Part shown: positions 26,525 through 39,522 of the stretch, one piece after another
Layout of the letters: each line of letters starts with the position of its first letter
Numbering within the stretch: the first letter of the stretch is position 1
Assembly (NCBI GenBank): GCA_951406725.2
Contig: OX597821.1
Coordinates: 98,766,001-98,830,000, forward strand
Direction of reading: 5' to 3'
Length of the DNA stretch: 64,000 nucleotides
Source of the DNA: Octopus vulgaris
Taxonomy: Eukaryota
The notes under the pieces: model-generated
Databases searched by the model: none
Seen by the model: the letters and a program-made list of their open reading frames with translations, nothing else
What the model was told of the DNA's origin: nothing
Made by a program: the position numbers and the translations under genes

Positions 26525-27200
26525 AGTCATTGGGGGATGACCCCTTCCTGAATAACTTGATTAACTATAAAGATGAATAGACCATATCTTACACCATCAG
26601 ATATTTTAATATCAGTAATTCCTGATGGACCATGAACTTTCCCTGTCTCATCCTTAATTACATTATCTATTATACTGCTGTTAACTAGGATAGTGGGTCC
26701 CTTTGTTGCATTCACATTGGGAAGACTCCCTTTCTCCCATTCATTCTCCATATTCATTAACCATTCACTTCCATGGCTCTTTCTTCTTAGGGCAAGCATA
26801 CCATTATCCATCTGTACACACTTCTCATCTACAACATCTCAATTCTCTCTGATACACTGCTTAAGCAATCAGGAGCACCTCACATCTCTGATCCTCATGC
26901 TGTAAGACGTTGGTAAACTTCTTCCTTTTCTGCTTCTGCTCTTGCTACATAAACCTGTTGCTTAGTTTCCCATTTAGCAACCTGATATGGTTCTTTACTA
27001 TCTTCATCTTTCCACTCTTTTCAAACCTGTCTCTTCTTGTTTACGGCCCTGTCAACCTCATTGTTCCACCACCATCATGTCACCCTTGGTCTGACTGAAG
27101 CTTTACTCCAGCCACAGATTCAGTCTGTCACCCTTAGTAAGTTATACTGTAAAAACTTCCAGTTATGTATCTCTAACTTTTTCTCCCTTAACACTGCAGT
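26525..27200 (-). mobile_element. Decayed RTE-like LINE fragment (pre-RT region)
   Basis: WLMNMENEWEKGSLPNV...TGKVHGPSGI; homologous to 56488-56685. Confidence 0.7.
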
Positions 27201-27392
27201 TGGTCAATATATATATTCTTTATCTGTGAATTAACAAAGCTACCAATGATTTCATGTAGAAAATAATTTTTAAAGCATTCCACTTTAGAATGTTCGTAAT
27301 TGGTTTCCATGTTGGATGAGATTATGTGAGATTATATAAGATTTTATGGGACTTCAAAACATTTTTGTGATTAGATAAACGTATAAGGGGTC

Positions 27393-27785
27393 GTAACTCA
27401 TGTAGGTGATTTTCAGGATAAAAATTGTTAAAAAAAGGTTCCACTCATGTAAAATTTGCACCCAAAAGTTTTCAGAATTGCCAATATGATTTGACATAAT
27501 CTCATGTGGACAAGAAATGTAAAATAAAGTTTATTATAAACAACGCAAACACTTCATAATTTAGTAGCTTTCAACGTGATACCTGTTAAAACGAATTTAT
27601 TTTTATTCAATGAAAATTTAATAAAATCTAATTATAAGTAAGTAAAGTTATGCTAAATACAACTAAATTGAAAACCTTTTCCCCCTGGTCATATTGGCAA
27701 TTCTGAAAACTTTTGGGTGCAAATTTTATGTGAGTGGAAGCTTTTTTTAACAATTTTTATCCTGAAAATCACCTGCATAAATTAC
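27393..27785. mobile_element. MITE / fold-back element with ~100 bp terminal inverted repeats
   Basis: AGGTGATTTTCAGGATAAAAATTGTTAAAAAA...AAAATTTGCACCCAAAAGTTTTCAGAATTGCCAATATGA is mirrored at 27689-27785. Confidence 0.85.
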
Positions 27786-29735
27786 ACCGGTGCGCAAATT
27801 ACATGGATTTTTATGGTGATTAACTGTGAGGTCATGGATAGAATGTCAGATATGCCATTGGCAATGAGGAAGCTCAGAGAGACAGTATTCACCTGTGAAG
27901 ATGGAACAATCGTCATGTGTATGTGTTTGTGTGTATGTATGTGTGTGTGAATGTATTTGCATGTACATATGCATATGTGTATGCATGCCTACATACATAT
28001 GTATGTGTGAAATCTTGGATATAATTGCATCTGTGAACTGTATGTTTAACTTACATATATGTTCATACATATAGTCTACATAAGTGAATGTGCATGCATT
28101 AAATTACAATTCTGGAGTGTTTTACATATTTTCATAGCTCTGTCAATGACTTGTAGCTAATTTTCTACTTAAATGAAGCCCATCTTCTCAAAATGGAAGT
28201 TGAGGCAGTCAGTTAAACAAAAACACAATCCTCCTTTGTGTATCATTCTCACTAGCATCAATGTCAACAAAGCTTTTTAGTCTTTTCCCTAGTATCAGTT
28301 CATACTACTAATACACAACACCTCCTTAAGAATCAATACAAAAAAAAAACTGGCTATTAAACTACCTTCCAGGCCATCATGCCCCTATTACCAACTCTTC
28401 TGGAATCTGTAATTTCCCGACTGGTGTACTACAAGAATCTGTTCTCTAAGTACTGTTTTCAACCTGAATGATATTTCTACACCTCCATAAAACATACTAT
28501 CTCATATATAGGTAACATCATACACACACCTTCCTAACATTTTTCATACACTGCTGCACAGCTACTCTCACCCTACTTAAATCACCTTGAAATCCAGCTC
28601 CATAACAATAGATTTTAGGACAGGTTCCCAAACTGGGGTAAATTTTGTCTACCACCAAGGGAGTGAATTTGCTGATTCTGGTTTCCCACCTATATTTTTT
28701 TTTTTTGTCATTTAAAAACATTTTTAAGCTGAAAAAAAATTTGAAACATACCTATTTTGAGAAAAAATTACTTATTTTACTTTTCTTACCATTTTGTATA
28801 CTTCTTAATTACTGTGTGCTAATGGAGTGGTCTAATTTTCAGTTCTTTTACTCAGAATTTTTTATAATATTGATTAAAAGAATTGTTCCATTTAAGTGAT
28901 CTATTTTATAGTTTTTAGATGGTGTAATTTCAGTAACTCGAGTTTTTCTTCTTTCTAGGTTTACATTTGTCGAATTAATATTTTATTGACAGTACAATGC
29001 TCCTGTGATAAGTCCCAGTATCAAATACACATTTGTGTCACCTTCATAGTGTTGTATTCATTTAATCTTAAAGCAACATTATACTTCAAACTAAACTGAA
29101 AGTGCTAGATGAATTTTCAGTGAAGAAGATATTTTTACATCTGTGTATTTTGACCGTGTGAAAGTTAAAGGACAATTAGAGCAGTTGGAGTGAATGGAAA
29201 AAAAATTGATAAGGAGACTGGATTCTCTTTTTGGCTGGAGAAAGGTTTTCCATCTCTGAAGATTTCTTTAAAGGATAAGTTTTACTGTTGGTAGTAGTAC
29301 ATGTTAGTGAAATTGATCACTCTCTTATAGCTGTAGAGATTAACTTTGCATAAACTGATATTTTGCTCTGCCAATTATTTATGTCATACTTACAAATAAA
29401 TGTTCTTTTTCTGATTTCTGTTTCGTTTTATTAATTATTTGCAATCTCTTTAACTAAATGGGTTGATATGCTATCATTAACTCTTTGTTACTAATCAAAT
29501 GGCTAGATCAGGAACAGAATCTAATCCATTGGTTATAGTTAGAGGAAATCTTTTTAATTACAGAACAATGTTTTATCCAGTAAATTTTTCATTGTCTAAA
29601 TTTATGTAAGTAGTTATTATTTGATAAGAATATTAACATATATACTTTTCCTCTGTGTAGGACCTTGGGCAAGTTTCTTCTGTCATAGCTTTGACCAAAG
29701 CCTTATGAGGAAATGATCAGCAGAAATTATATATA

Positions 29736-30130
29736 GGCGCAGGGGTGGCTGTGTGGTAAGTAGCTTGCTTACGAACCACATGGTTCCGGGTTCAGTCCCA
29801 CTGCGTGGCACTTTGGGCAAGTGTCTTCTACTATAGCCTCGGGCCGACCAAAGCCTTGTGAGTGGATTTGGTAGACGGAAACTGAAAGAAGCCTGTCGTG
29901 TATATGTATATATATATATATGTGTGTGTGTGTGTTTGTGTTTGTCCCCCCAACATCGCTTGACAACCGATGCTGGTGTGTTTACGTCGCCGTCACTTAG
30001 CGGTTCAGCAAATAGACCGATAAAATAAGTACTAGGCTCACAAAGAATAAGTCCTGGGGTCGATTTGCTCGACTAAAGGCAGTGCTCCAGCATGGCCACA
30101 GTCAAATGACTGAAACAAGTAAAAGAGTAA
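29736..30130 (+). mobile_element. SINE family A
   Basis: GGCGCAGGGGTGGCTGTGTGGTAAG head; AAAAGAGT tail. Confidence 0.9.
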
Positions 30131-30729
30131 AGAGAGAGAGAGTAGCCTATTAGAAGAGTCTTTTCTTTTCTTAGGTGGCAGTCTTAATCTGTTGCTCAAT
30201 TTTGCACCATCACCTGGCTCTTGGGTACCTTTAGTGAAGCCCACTCTGTTGTTAACATTTGAATCAGACCTTATGTTTCGGCATCACTTCCTCTCTCACC
30301 AGTCTCACAGGTTCTAAAACATAACACGAGCACTGCCATTCTGCTATGTCATAAACAAAAATAAACAATATATAAAATAATTTTCATATAATTATGTTTT
30401 AATATTTGTGTCAATCTTTCTGTTTCAGGACATTAAACTAATCTACTTGAAACCAATCCTTATATTATATATGGATTCTTTGTTTTCTATTTATATTTGA
30501 CACCCTAAACAACAAGGAGTGTCTGTTATTTTTTTCTGTCAAATGACTGGAATTTCAGTTGCTAATCTCTCTCTAGAAACATGTTAACAGTGTGTTGCTA
30601 TCAGGTTGTTGTGTTGAAATTATAAATTGCTGGTATTCTTTTTCTTTTTTATAATTTATCAGTAGTTTATTTTATATTTGGATATGCAATATATCTGTAC
30701 ATACTGAAGTTCATGTATGTATTTTATTG

Positions 30730-31095
30730 CTTGGGTTTCATGGAGGCAAAGTGGCTGATGCTGGAGGCATATGAAAAGCTTCTTTTGAATGTTGGGCCTC
30801 ATGGAGGCAATGACTGAGACCTTTGGCATTATGTTGTGCTTGAGAAGAAGACCCATCAAATCAAGCAAAATTGCAGTCGTGGCAGATACTGGTGTCACAC
30901 AAATGGCACCCATGCTGGTGGAGTGTAAAAGCACCCATTACACTCTTGGAGTGGTTGGCGTTAGGAAGGGCATCCAACCATAGAAATCATGCCAAATCAG
31001 ACTGGAGTCTGGTGCAGCCTTCCAGCTTGACAGCCCTGGTCAAACTGTCCAACCCACACTAGCATGGACAACAGCCGTTAAATGATGATGATGAT
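30730..31095 (+). mobile_element. Family C-related retroposon (longer 5' part)
   Basis: AAAAGCACCCATTACACTC...GGCGTTAGGAAGGGCATCC...(TGA)n. Confidence 0.75.
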
Positions 31096-31123
31096 GGTGG
31101 TGGTGGTAAAATGTTGGCCTTAA

Positions 31124-31344
31124 CCCTTTTGTTACTGTATCTATTTTGAGATGTTCTGTGTTTCTTTCAATTATTTCAGATATAACACAGAATTTTGTAA
31201 AATAACTTAGTTATCATTAAGCTGGTGTTAGGAACATAAATTGTGACTTAGGTTTGGTGGAAGATTTTAATTAAAAACTTATGAAAACAAGACATTTGTA
31301 CTACAGAGCCAGAGCCAGTTTCAGCCGGGTTGGTAACGAAAAGG
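31124..31344. mobile_element. piggyBac-type MITE (family 1)
   Basis: TTAA|CCCTTTTGTTAC...GTAACGAAAAGG|TTAA; deleted relative at 41368-41517. Confidence 0.8.
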
Positions 31345-31974
31345 TTAAAGTACTAATTTCCCCAAACTGATGCTAGGAAATATTTTTAAGCAATACATTG
31401 TAATTAAAACTGAGAGGTGGATTGAATGTTTCATCAACTTATGCAATCTATATACATATCTACACACAAACTTTATTTAAGGAATATACACACAAATACA
31501 ACTAGAATATTTATCAATTTAATAGATATATAAACAGTTTATTCAGCCTTGCAGATTTACACTAATCAACAACTTTTACATACATTTTATAAATGATTAT
31601 CTATTTTTTTTTTTGTTACTTTCTTTTACAATTATTGTTTAGCCACTTGGTTAACTTTGTGCAAACTTATGATAAAAGGTCTCCAGCTATGAGCAGTTTG
31701 TCATTTTTTCCATATAGTATAGTCAGGACCACATTATCCAATGAATCCTTTTTTTTTTTCATGATGCAATAGTGTGATTTGAGGGAAATTTGGCTGCAAT
31801 TTGTAGCAGATTGACTGACCAGGTAGAAGCTTTCTCACTTGTATTATAATCAGTTTTTGTATTATAGATGGTCACAGTTATATTTAATTGGATCTATGCT
31901 CCAACATCCACTTTCATGCACACACACACACACACACTCAACTACTACTGTCAACACCAACACTACTATCAACA

Positions 31975-32362
31975 GTGGAGGCGCAATGGCCCAGTGGTTA
32001 GGGCAGCGGACTCACGGTCGTAGGATCGCGGTTTCGATTCGAAGACCGGGTGTTGTGAGTGTTTATTGAGCGAAAACACCTAAAGCTCCACGAGGCTCCG
32101 GCAAGGATGGTGGTGATCCCTGCTGTACTCTTTCACCACAACTTTCTCTCACTCTTACTTCCTGTTTCTGTTGTACCTGTATTTCAAAGGGCCGGCCTTG
32201 TCACTCTCTGTGTCACGCTGAATATCCCCGAGAACTATGTTAAGGGTACATGTGTCTGTGGAGTGCTCAGCCACTTACACGTTAATTTCATGAGCAGGCT
32301 GTTCCATTGATCGGATCAACCGGAACCCTCGTCGTCATAACCGATGGAGTGCTTCCCCCCCC
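31975..32362 (+). mobile_element. tRNA-derived SINE family D
   Basis: TGGCCCAGTGGTTAGG A box, GGTTTCGATTC B box; 12 bp TSD CTACTATCAACA (31963-31974, 32363-32374). Confidence 0.85.
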
Positions 32363-32557
32363 CTACTATCAACAACCACAAAGTGTTGCAAATATTGCAT
32401 AGAAAATAATTTCTTTGGTAAAATTAATCCTCCACATTAATTAACCTTCTATATCAAATAAAGTCCCTGTTTCCTGCAAATTTTGAGATATTTAAAACAA
32501 AGTTTAGTTGTTGTTATTTGATTTTAACGTTTTGTTCAATGTTCTTTATATTTACAG

Positions 32558-33119
32558 AACTGTTTGGAAATGGAGCGATATTTAAAAAACGAACCAAAAT
32601 TAACTGCTTTTAAAAATCTTAAATCTGATCGAAATTCTTTTGATGATTTTAATGATGAAGATGAAGAGGATGAGAATGCTGATAGCAATGGTGATGGTTT
32701 TGAAGAGATGGAAGACCTCAATTTGGAAGATCAGACAATGGATTCTGTTAGTGTGCACAGTTTTGAATCTTCTTCAAGTGGTGTATCATGGGATAGCAAT
32801 TTGAGTGACACACCAGTTTCTCCCCATAAATCTCCAAAAGATTCTATAATTGGAAATTGCCTCTTAAAATGTCGGGTTGGACATAAATTAAACAATACTG
32901 AAAGAAATGAAATAAAAAAAGTTGCCATGTACTCATCACCAGGGAAACAATCACGTTCATACTCTCTTCAACCAGGACACATTGCTCAAGTAATTCACCA
33001 ACTTGAAAATGGATCAAGTTCAGACATTAGAAGAAGAATACACAAATGCTTCTATGAGGGCTGTAAAAAGGTCTACACAAAAAGCTCTCATTTAAAAGCT
33101 CATCTTCGAACGCATACAG
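32558..33119 (+). CDS. KLF6/7: Kruppel-like factor (KLF6/KLF7/luna group), large internal coding exon: acidic and Ser-rich region plus zinc finger 1
   Basis: Acceptor TTTACAG| then [13 protein letters not shown] (cf. KLF6 TCLELERYLQSEP); [30 protein letters not shown]; phase-1 donor G|GTAATC. Confidence 0.93.
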
Positions 33120-33335
33120 GTAATCTATTCATATTCTCTTTGATGTGATGAGCACTATAAAATAAAAATAAGCCACTGGAAAATGGGGTCCACAATCTGG
33201 TTTTGGGTTAGTTGATGTTTTTTCAGTTTTCCTATGTTGCTAATGTCTTTGGAAAGGCACAGTTAACCCCCATCTCTCTTAACAGTTTTATTTTTTCTCC
33301 ATCATCCAGTGTGCAATCTAGTAAATTTAGTTTAA

Positions 33336-33555
33336 CCCTTTCGTATTCAGATTATTTTGTCAAATGTAATGTTTTTTCATTGACATTGTTTGTAATTAAT
33401 CATGCTTTATTTTGTAGCTATAAAGTTTTCATGATGAGATTATATATTTCTAAAATGGCATTGAAGGGTAGGTGTGATAGGTTGGATCTGACTAGTTAGA
33501 GCATAAAACAGGAAGCATATTTGGGCCGGATATGGCCTGTTTAAATACTAAAGGG
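33336..33555. mobile_element. piggyBac-type MITE (family 2)
   Basis: TTAA|CCCTTTCGTATT...AATACTAAAGGG|TTAA; inverted relative at 53347-53567. Confidence 0.8.
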
Positions 33556-33769
33556 TTAATTCTTCTATCACTACTTCAAGAAGTTTATTGCTTCACTGAT
33601 GAGGTCAAAGTACACAAATCAATACAGAAATAATGTGTTATAGATTTGTATAATTTTGCTGTAATTATTTTGTGTAGTAATTTCTGTAAAATCATTAAAA
33701 AAAATTTTTCTATGTTGCTTGACTCCACTAATTTATGATGGAAAAATACATTTGTTTAGCTTACATCAT

Positions 33770-34470
33770 CATCACCCCCCACCTTCATTTATATTGTCTC
33801 CAGCAGTGCTTGTTGCAGTCCCTTGTCCTCTGCTTTGTGAGGGTCAGGATCCTTCTCCACTCCTCATGTCTTCCTTGGTATTCAACTTCCACAAATTCCT
33901 TCTATTTGGATCATTTGATACTTATTTACCCAACTGTGATCCTTTGCATGCATCATGTCTGTACCAGTGCAGTATACACTTGCACACTACTGCCAATTCC
34001 TCTCATACCAATTTTTCTCTGCATTTTCTATTATTTTGTTACTGCATACTAAAATCTTGCATCCAGTGGAAGGAATGTGCTTGTCTCATTTCTTTCCAGC
34101 CTCCATGCATAATCCACATTTAATGATCATGATTTACTCCCATGCAATATCATATTGTGCACTAACACCATACAATCTGCCCTTCACTCAGAGAGAGAGA
34201 GAGAGAGAGTCTGTTTGTTGTAAGCAGGGTTGGAAAGTCTCTGAACTTTTCTCTCCCATTCTTACTTCAATGGCTGTGCTTTCAGAACATATAACTTAAA
34301 TATTGGTTTGGTCATCCAGATAAAAGAAGTTGAGAAAGCTTTCTTGGCATTTGAAACACTTCACTTCATGTGTGTGCTTATTGCTAGCTGCTGCTGTGCT
34401 ACATAAAAAGTATTTCTCTATCAACCTGCCTGTGATCCCACTGCACTTCTTGTGCAACCATGGCCATTTT
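33770..34470 (-). mobile_element. Decayed RTE-like LINE 3' fragments
   Basis: TTTCTCTATCAACCTGCCTGTGATCCCACTGCAC shared with ~4890-4925; (CAT)n-like tail near 33764. Confidence 0.5.
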
Positions 34471-35514
34471 CCAGGTGGCATGGTTCACTCTCAGTTTCTC
34501 CTGTAGGTGTCTCAAAAAAGAAAAACAAAAAAAAAAGAGATGATTGATGGTACCCCAACTTGGTATCTGAACTAATTCTCTTCCTAATTAGCAGTGCTAT
34601 AAATCTTCCTATTACTTTTGTTATTTTGGCCGATCAGTTTATAGTTACTCTTTTCTTTGTACCCGTAGGTAAGGGGAATTACAACTGAGTTTCGTGGTCT
34701 GCTACCACAACAGCTCCTTTATAGGATCCAGTTAGCTCAAGACATCATCAGGAGGAACCACGTCCAGTTTCGGCCCCTACTCCTCTACCATTTTGACGTG
34801 GCGGGGCCCCCCCTTTCAGAGGTGTCTTCAGCTCTGGTGTTGGGTGCATGTCTTCTTTCTTCTGTTCCCTGGCCTCTTCGATGTATCGTCAGCGAGTGTC
34901 AGTGATTGCTATGCTAGTCATTTATGATAACATTTCCCCCGTGCTACTTGATTTACTATTTGAGCAATTAGTATGTATCTTACTTCAACAAATATTTTTA
35001 GTACCTCAACAACTTTCCCTGATGATCCTGCTCCTTTTCAACCCTCATATTCTTAATTACACTTTTGACCTACCATGTGGTTGACAAATTTAATAGCCGT
35101 TGCCTCTGATGCATCTGCTTAGGGTAGTTCCTCTCTTTCCCCGCACATTTTCATTATTAAACAACTTCTCATAATAGTAATTTCCTTGTTGGCATCAGTG
35201 AGGGCACATGTGCTACTACCATTCCATACACACTTTCCATCAATGACATCCAGATTACACTGACACACCCCTTTGGATTCTGGAACACCTCCTGTCTTAT
35301 AGCATATGACATTGGAAAACCTCTTAATTCTGGCTTCTCTACTAAAAATATGATATAGTTACTTGCTTGTCTCTTTTCTTCTATTCTTTGCAGGTCTGTC
35401 ACTTTACTTTTATACTTTAATTTATTACACCACTCTGTCGTGTACCCATTCACTTGGCAATCACCTTGCTTCGTCTGTCGACCTGTTTTGTGGTTTGCAG
35501 CAGTTTGCCTTAAA

Positions 35515-36040
35515 AATAATAATAATGAAATTATTGTATACAGTGCTGAGGTGCACCACAACTTGTCAGAAAGTGCATATAAAGTATACGCAGTAATGTA
35601 CAAATGTCTGGAAAGCGAACAATGTACGAGTCAGATACATGCTTGTGTGTGTATGGAGGGGAGAAAATCAGGTGTAGTGTTGGCGAATCTCAGGAAGCAT
35701 GGAAGTTTTGAAGGATGCAGTGCTCCGACAACTAACAACTGATGCCGGCAGTCTGTTCCATGCTTCAGCAACTCTCAGCGTGAAAAAATGTTTCCTAAAG
35801 TCATGGGAGCTGTGCTGTTTTCTGACTTTGTAAATATGTCCACGGGTGTTAGACGGGTGGAGTTTGAAAAGGTGCTCAGTTATTGTTTGTAAGATGGTTA
35901 ATAATTTTATGGGTGTCTGCCAAGTCAGCTGCCAGACGTCGGAGTTTCAATGTGTCCATGCCCAGGGAAGTAAGGCGTTCAGAATATGGCAAATGCCTGA
36001 TGGAGGGTATTCTTTTGGTTGCACATCGCTGAACGTCTTT
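35515..36040 (-). mobile_element. CR1/L2-group LINE 3' end
   Basis: Minus frames: ATKRIPSIRHLPYSERLTSLGMDTLKLRRLAADL and RKHFFTLRVAEAWNRLPASVV; (ATT)n tail. Confidence 0.8.
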
Positions 36041-36049
36041 TAGAAATTC

Positions 36050-36450
36050 TCACTTGTCTTCTTTACTATAGGTTTCTATCAATTCCTTGCCATAGACATT
36101 GCTTAGCACTTCTTTGAACAGAAGCTTGTGTATCTTCCTTGTCCAGATAATCATGGGCTTCTGAGTCCCTCTAGCTCTTACTATGATATCACTAATCACT
36201 ATTCCTTGTTGACTAGTACATTCTTCACCAATGAAAGAATTGGTATTCACAAGTTCCATTTCCAGGTGAGCATGAAGTCTGCCTGAAGGATAGGTGACTA
36301 ATTGATTGGCCAATTTGCTGAAGTTAGTGTTGCAATTTGTTTCATCATTTGCATAATAGAACACTAAAAGCTTGTATTCCTCTTCATCCATTGTATCATA
36401 TCCATAACCCATGGAGATTGAATTGACTGGTGTCGTCCAATGTGTCCATT
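36050..36450 (-). mobile_element. Decayed LINE endonuclease C-terminal fragment
   Basis: GYGYDTMDEEEYKLL...CNTNFSK...LVTYPSG...GEECTSQQ resembles RTE-like APE domain. Confidence 0.55.
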
Positions 36451-36636
36451 AAAGTTTTAGTAGTATTTAAGTGTTGAGGAAGATGTAGTGACAAGGAAAT
36501 ACTTTCAACAATGTTTTAATAACACTAAGTAGTAATATTCATAATTTATAGTGTAATGTGCAGTTTTGTAAGATGTGTGTGAAATAAAGGTTAGTTAAAT
36601 AGTATGTTAGTTAGTTAAATAAAGGTTAGTTAAATA

Positions 36637-37066
36637 GGCGCAGGAGTGGCTGTGTGGTAAGTAGCTTGCTTACCAACCACATGGTTCTGGGTTCAGTCCC
36701 ACTGCGTGGCATCTTGGGCAAGTGTTTTCCGCTATAGCCTCAGGCTGACCAATGCCTTGTGAGCGGATTTGGTAGACGGAAACTGAAAGAAGCCTGTCGT
36801 ATATATGTATATATATATATGTGTGTGTATGTGTGTGTATATGTTTGTGTGTCTGTGTTTGTCCCCCTAGCATTGCTTGACAACCGATGCTGGTGTGTTT
36901 ACGTCCCCGTCACTTAGCGGTTCGGCAAAAAGAGACCGATAGAATAAGTACTGGGCTTACAAAGAATAAGTCTCGGGGTTGATTTGCTCGACTAAAGGCG
37001 GTGCTCCAGCATGGCTGCAGTCAAAGGACTGAAACAAAGTAAAAGAGTAAAAGAGTAAAGAGTAAG
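36637..37066 (+). mobile_element. SINE family A
   Basis: Full head, central (TA/TG)n, repeated AAGAGT tail. Confidence 0.9.
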
Positions 37067-37649
37067 AGAGAGTTGAGAATTGCGGGACATTTTTTGCAGC
37101 AGTAATTTGAGAAATCTCTAATTAGAGTAATTAGAGAAATCTCTAACAAGAGCTAAAATCCAGAGTTTATATCAGCTTGCTAAAAATTTCAAAAAAATTC
37201 TTTTTTCACATTTAGTGAGTTTCTTAGTTGTCTATTAGAATCCATCAAGATTGATGCTACACACGATTGACTGGAAAATATGTCAGTAGGGTTTGTTAAC
37301 GTCCAAGGAGATATTGTAAGCTAGTCCTGGTCAATATTATCAAATATAATAATGTTAATTGATTTAATTTTAAATGTAGATTTCAAGCAGATTTAACTTT
37401 AGAACTAGATGTTACCAGTTCAAATCCAAGGACGTTGTCTGCTACAGGAACCCCCTTACTGTGCAATTGTCATGAGACAAACAAATGAAATCAAGGAACT
37501 GAGGCAAGAGTGTTTGTTTATGCTCATAGTAAATGCAGTAAAATGTAACAATAAATATTCAATGCACATGAAATAGCTAAATACCAATTAGCAGAGCAGA
37601 AAAACAAAAATGAATAGGAAAATGAATATCAGATAGTTCACTTTATGAA

Positions 37650-38044
37650 TTACTCTTTTACTCTTTTACTTGTTTCAGTCATTTGACTGTTGCCATGCTG
37701 GAGCACCACCTTTTAGTTGAATAAATCGACCCCAGGACTTATTCTTTGTAAGCCTAGTACTTATTCTACTGGATTTCTTTTGCTGAACCACTAAGTTACA
37801 GGGATGTAAACACACCAGCATCGGTTGTCAAGCAATGGTGGAGGGACAAACACAGACATGAATACATACATATATATGTATATGACGGGCTTTTTCAGTT
37901 TCTGTCTATCAAATTCACTCACAAGGTTTTGATCGGCTCGAGGCTATAGTTGAAGACCCTTGCTGAAGGTGCCACGCAGTGGGACTGAACCTGGAACCAT
38001 GTGGTTGAGAAGCAAGTTTCTTACCATACAACCACTCCTGCGCC
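37650..38044 (-). mobile_element. SINE family A
   Basis: Inverted copy. Confidence 0.9.
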
Positions 38045-38205
38045 TATTGTTCAAATTTTGAAAATGTTTTGAAATTACTCAGTCAGTAAGGATTGAAGAA
38101 CAAATGAGATGCATGTGTGTATAAATATATGTTGTAATGTTAGGTTGCAAGTCAATTTGTTAACAGTGTTTGTGTAAAAGTGCATGTGTGACAGCAATAG
38201 TGATG

Positions 38206-38551
38206 TCATCATTATCATCATCATCTTCGTTTAGCGTCCGCTTTCCATGCTAGCATGGGTTGGACGGTTCAACTGGGGTCTGGGAAGCCAGAAGGCTGCA
38301 CCAGGCTCCAGTCTGATCTGGCAATGTTCCTACGGCTGGATGCCCTTCCTAACGCCAACCACTCCGTGAGTGTAGTGGGTGCTTTTTACGTGCCAGGCGA
38401 GGCTGGCAACGGCCACAATCGGATGGTGTTTTTTACATGCCTCCGGCACGAGGCCAGTTGGGGCGGCACTGGCAACGGCCACGTTCGGGTGGTTCTCTTA
38501 CGTACCACCGGCACTGGTATCACAGCTGCAATTTCCATTGATGTTGATCGA
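38206..38551 (-). mobile_element. Family C retroposon
   Basis: Inverted near-identical copy of 787-1178 with fewer internal repeats. Confidence 0.85.
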
Positions 38552-39126
38552 TTTCGATTAGCTGTTAAAAGAATTTTATGTGTGAAGACAGTCGGTATAT
38601 TATGAAGCAAAATTGAGATGCATAAGTCAGTCATGGTCAAAAGGAAAAACACACAGAAAAAGAGTTGGACAGTGGTTACATCCTTGCTGTGTGAGTAGCA
38701 AAGATGACAATAATGATGACAGTGGTGGAGAGTCTGACAGGATAAGCTGAGATGAGATGCAAACTTGAACTTCTTCTTTAATCATAGCCAGAGTTGCAAA
38801 CAAAAGTGCTTGCATGATGTTAATTTCAGATAGCTGTGTTCTGTATAATTTGGCAATTTAAGAAGAACAATGAAGAAAGACTGTTCAGTATGGTTCATCA
38901 TAAAAGTGAAGATAACCTATGTCAGAGATGACAATATGAAGACTTGTGTTTGTCTAATGTTTCCTTGCCTGTCATTGATAAACACGATATGGTGGCTTGT
39001 GTCTGTCAACAATGCATTTTAAGTCTTTCAGTTATATTGTGTAGAAAAGAAAGACTTCAGGTTGTTTTTTGTGGTATTTCTTGCTAATGCCAGCCTAATA
39101 GCTGATGTTCCAAATTTATAAAGAAA

Positions 39127-39522
39127 CTAGCAGTATCGCCCGGCGTTGCTCGGGTTTGTAAGGGAAATAACTATATAAGCATTTTTAGAGAGTTATAGCC
39201 AAAAAATAGCAAAAAAATGCATTAAAATTGGAAAAAAAATGATAGTAAATTTTTTTAAATCGTTGACTCATCCTAGACATTTTTAGAGAGTTACTTCCCT
39301 TATATAATAGCGAAAAAAATGCATTAAAATGGAAAAAAATGATGGTAAATTTTTTTTTAAATCGTAGACTCATCGTAGACGCGCGCTAATACCCAGAAGG
39401 GCTCGATGTGAATGACAACTATAAGATACTCGGTTTGGTTAAACTGCACCGCAAAATGTGGGAGTAGTTAGGAATCTAAATCGTAGGAGACAGACACACA
39501 ACTTCACTTTTATATATAAAGA
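39127..39522 (-). mobile_element. Non-autonomous Helitron
   Basis: Same termini and body as 5460-5848; A|TC...CTAG|T. Confidence 0.85.

Noticed and set aside
28940-28960. Strong-looking splice acceptors (TTTTTCTTCTTTCTAG near 28958; CTGTTTCAG near 30428)
   Set aside because: No recognisable coding exon or matching donor; cannot be supported without RNA data
29211-29275. KETGFSFWLEKGFPSL resembling the KLF6 exon-1 motif ETGYFSALPSL
   Set aside because: No WQQ motif, no in-phase donor and a stop soon after; likely chance
29736-29810. tRNA-like sequences at SINE heads (also 31977, 36637)
   Set aside because: A/B boxes are present but continue into SINE bodies; not supported as tRNA genes
33120-33148. 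ORF-track extension GNLFIFSLM after finger 1, and [14 protein letters not shown] before finger 2 (59649-59691)
   Set aside because: Intronic read-through beyond canonical splice sites
33596-33650. CTGATGAGGTC hammerhead-like start
   Set aside because: No paired stem II followed by GAAA in a suitable position
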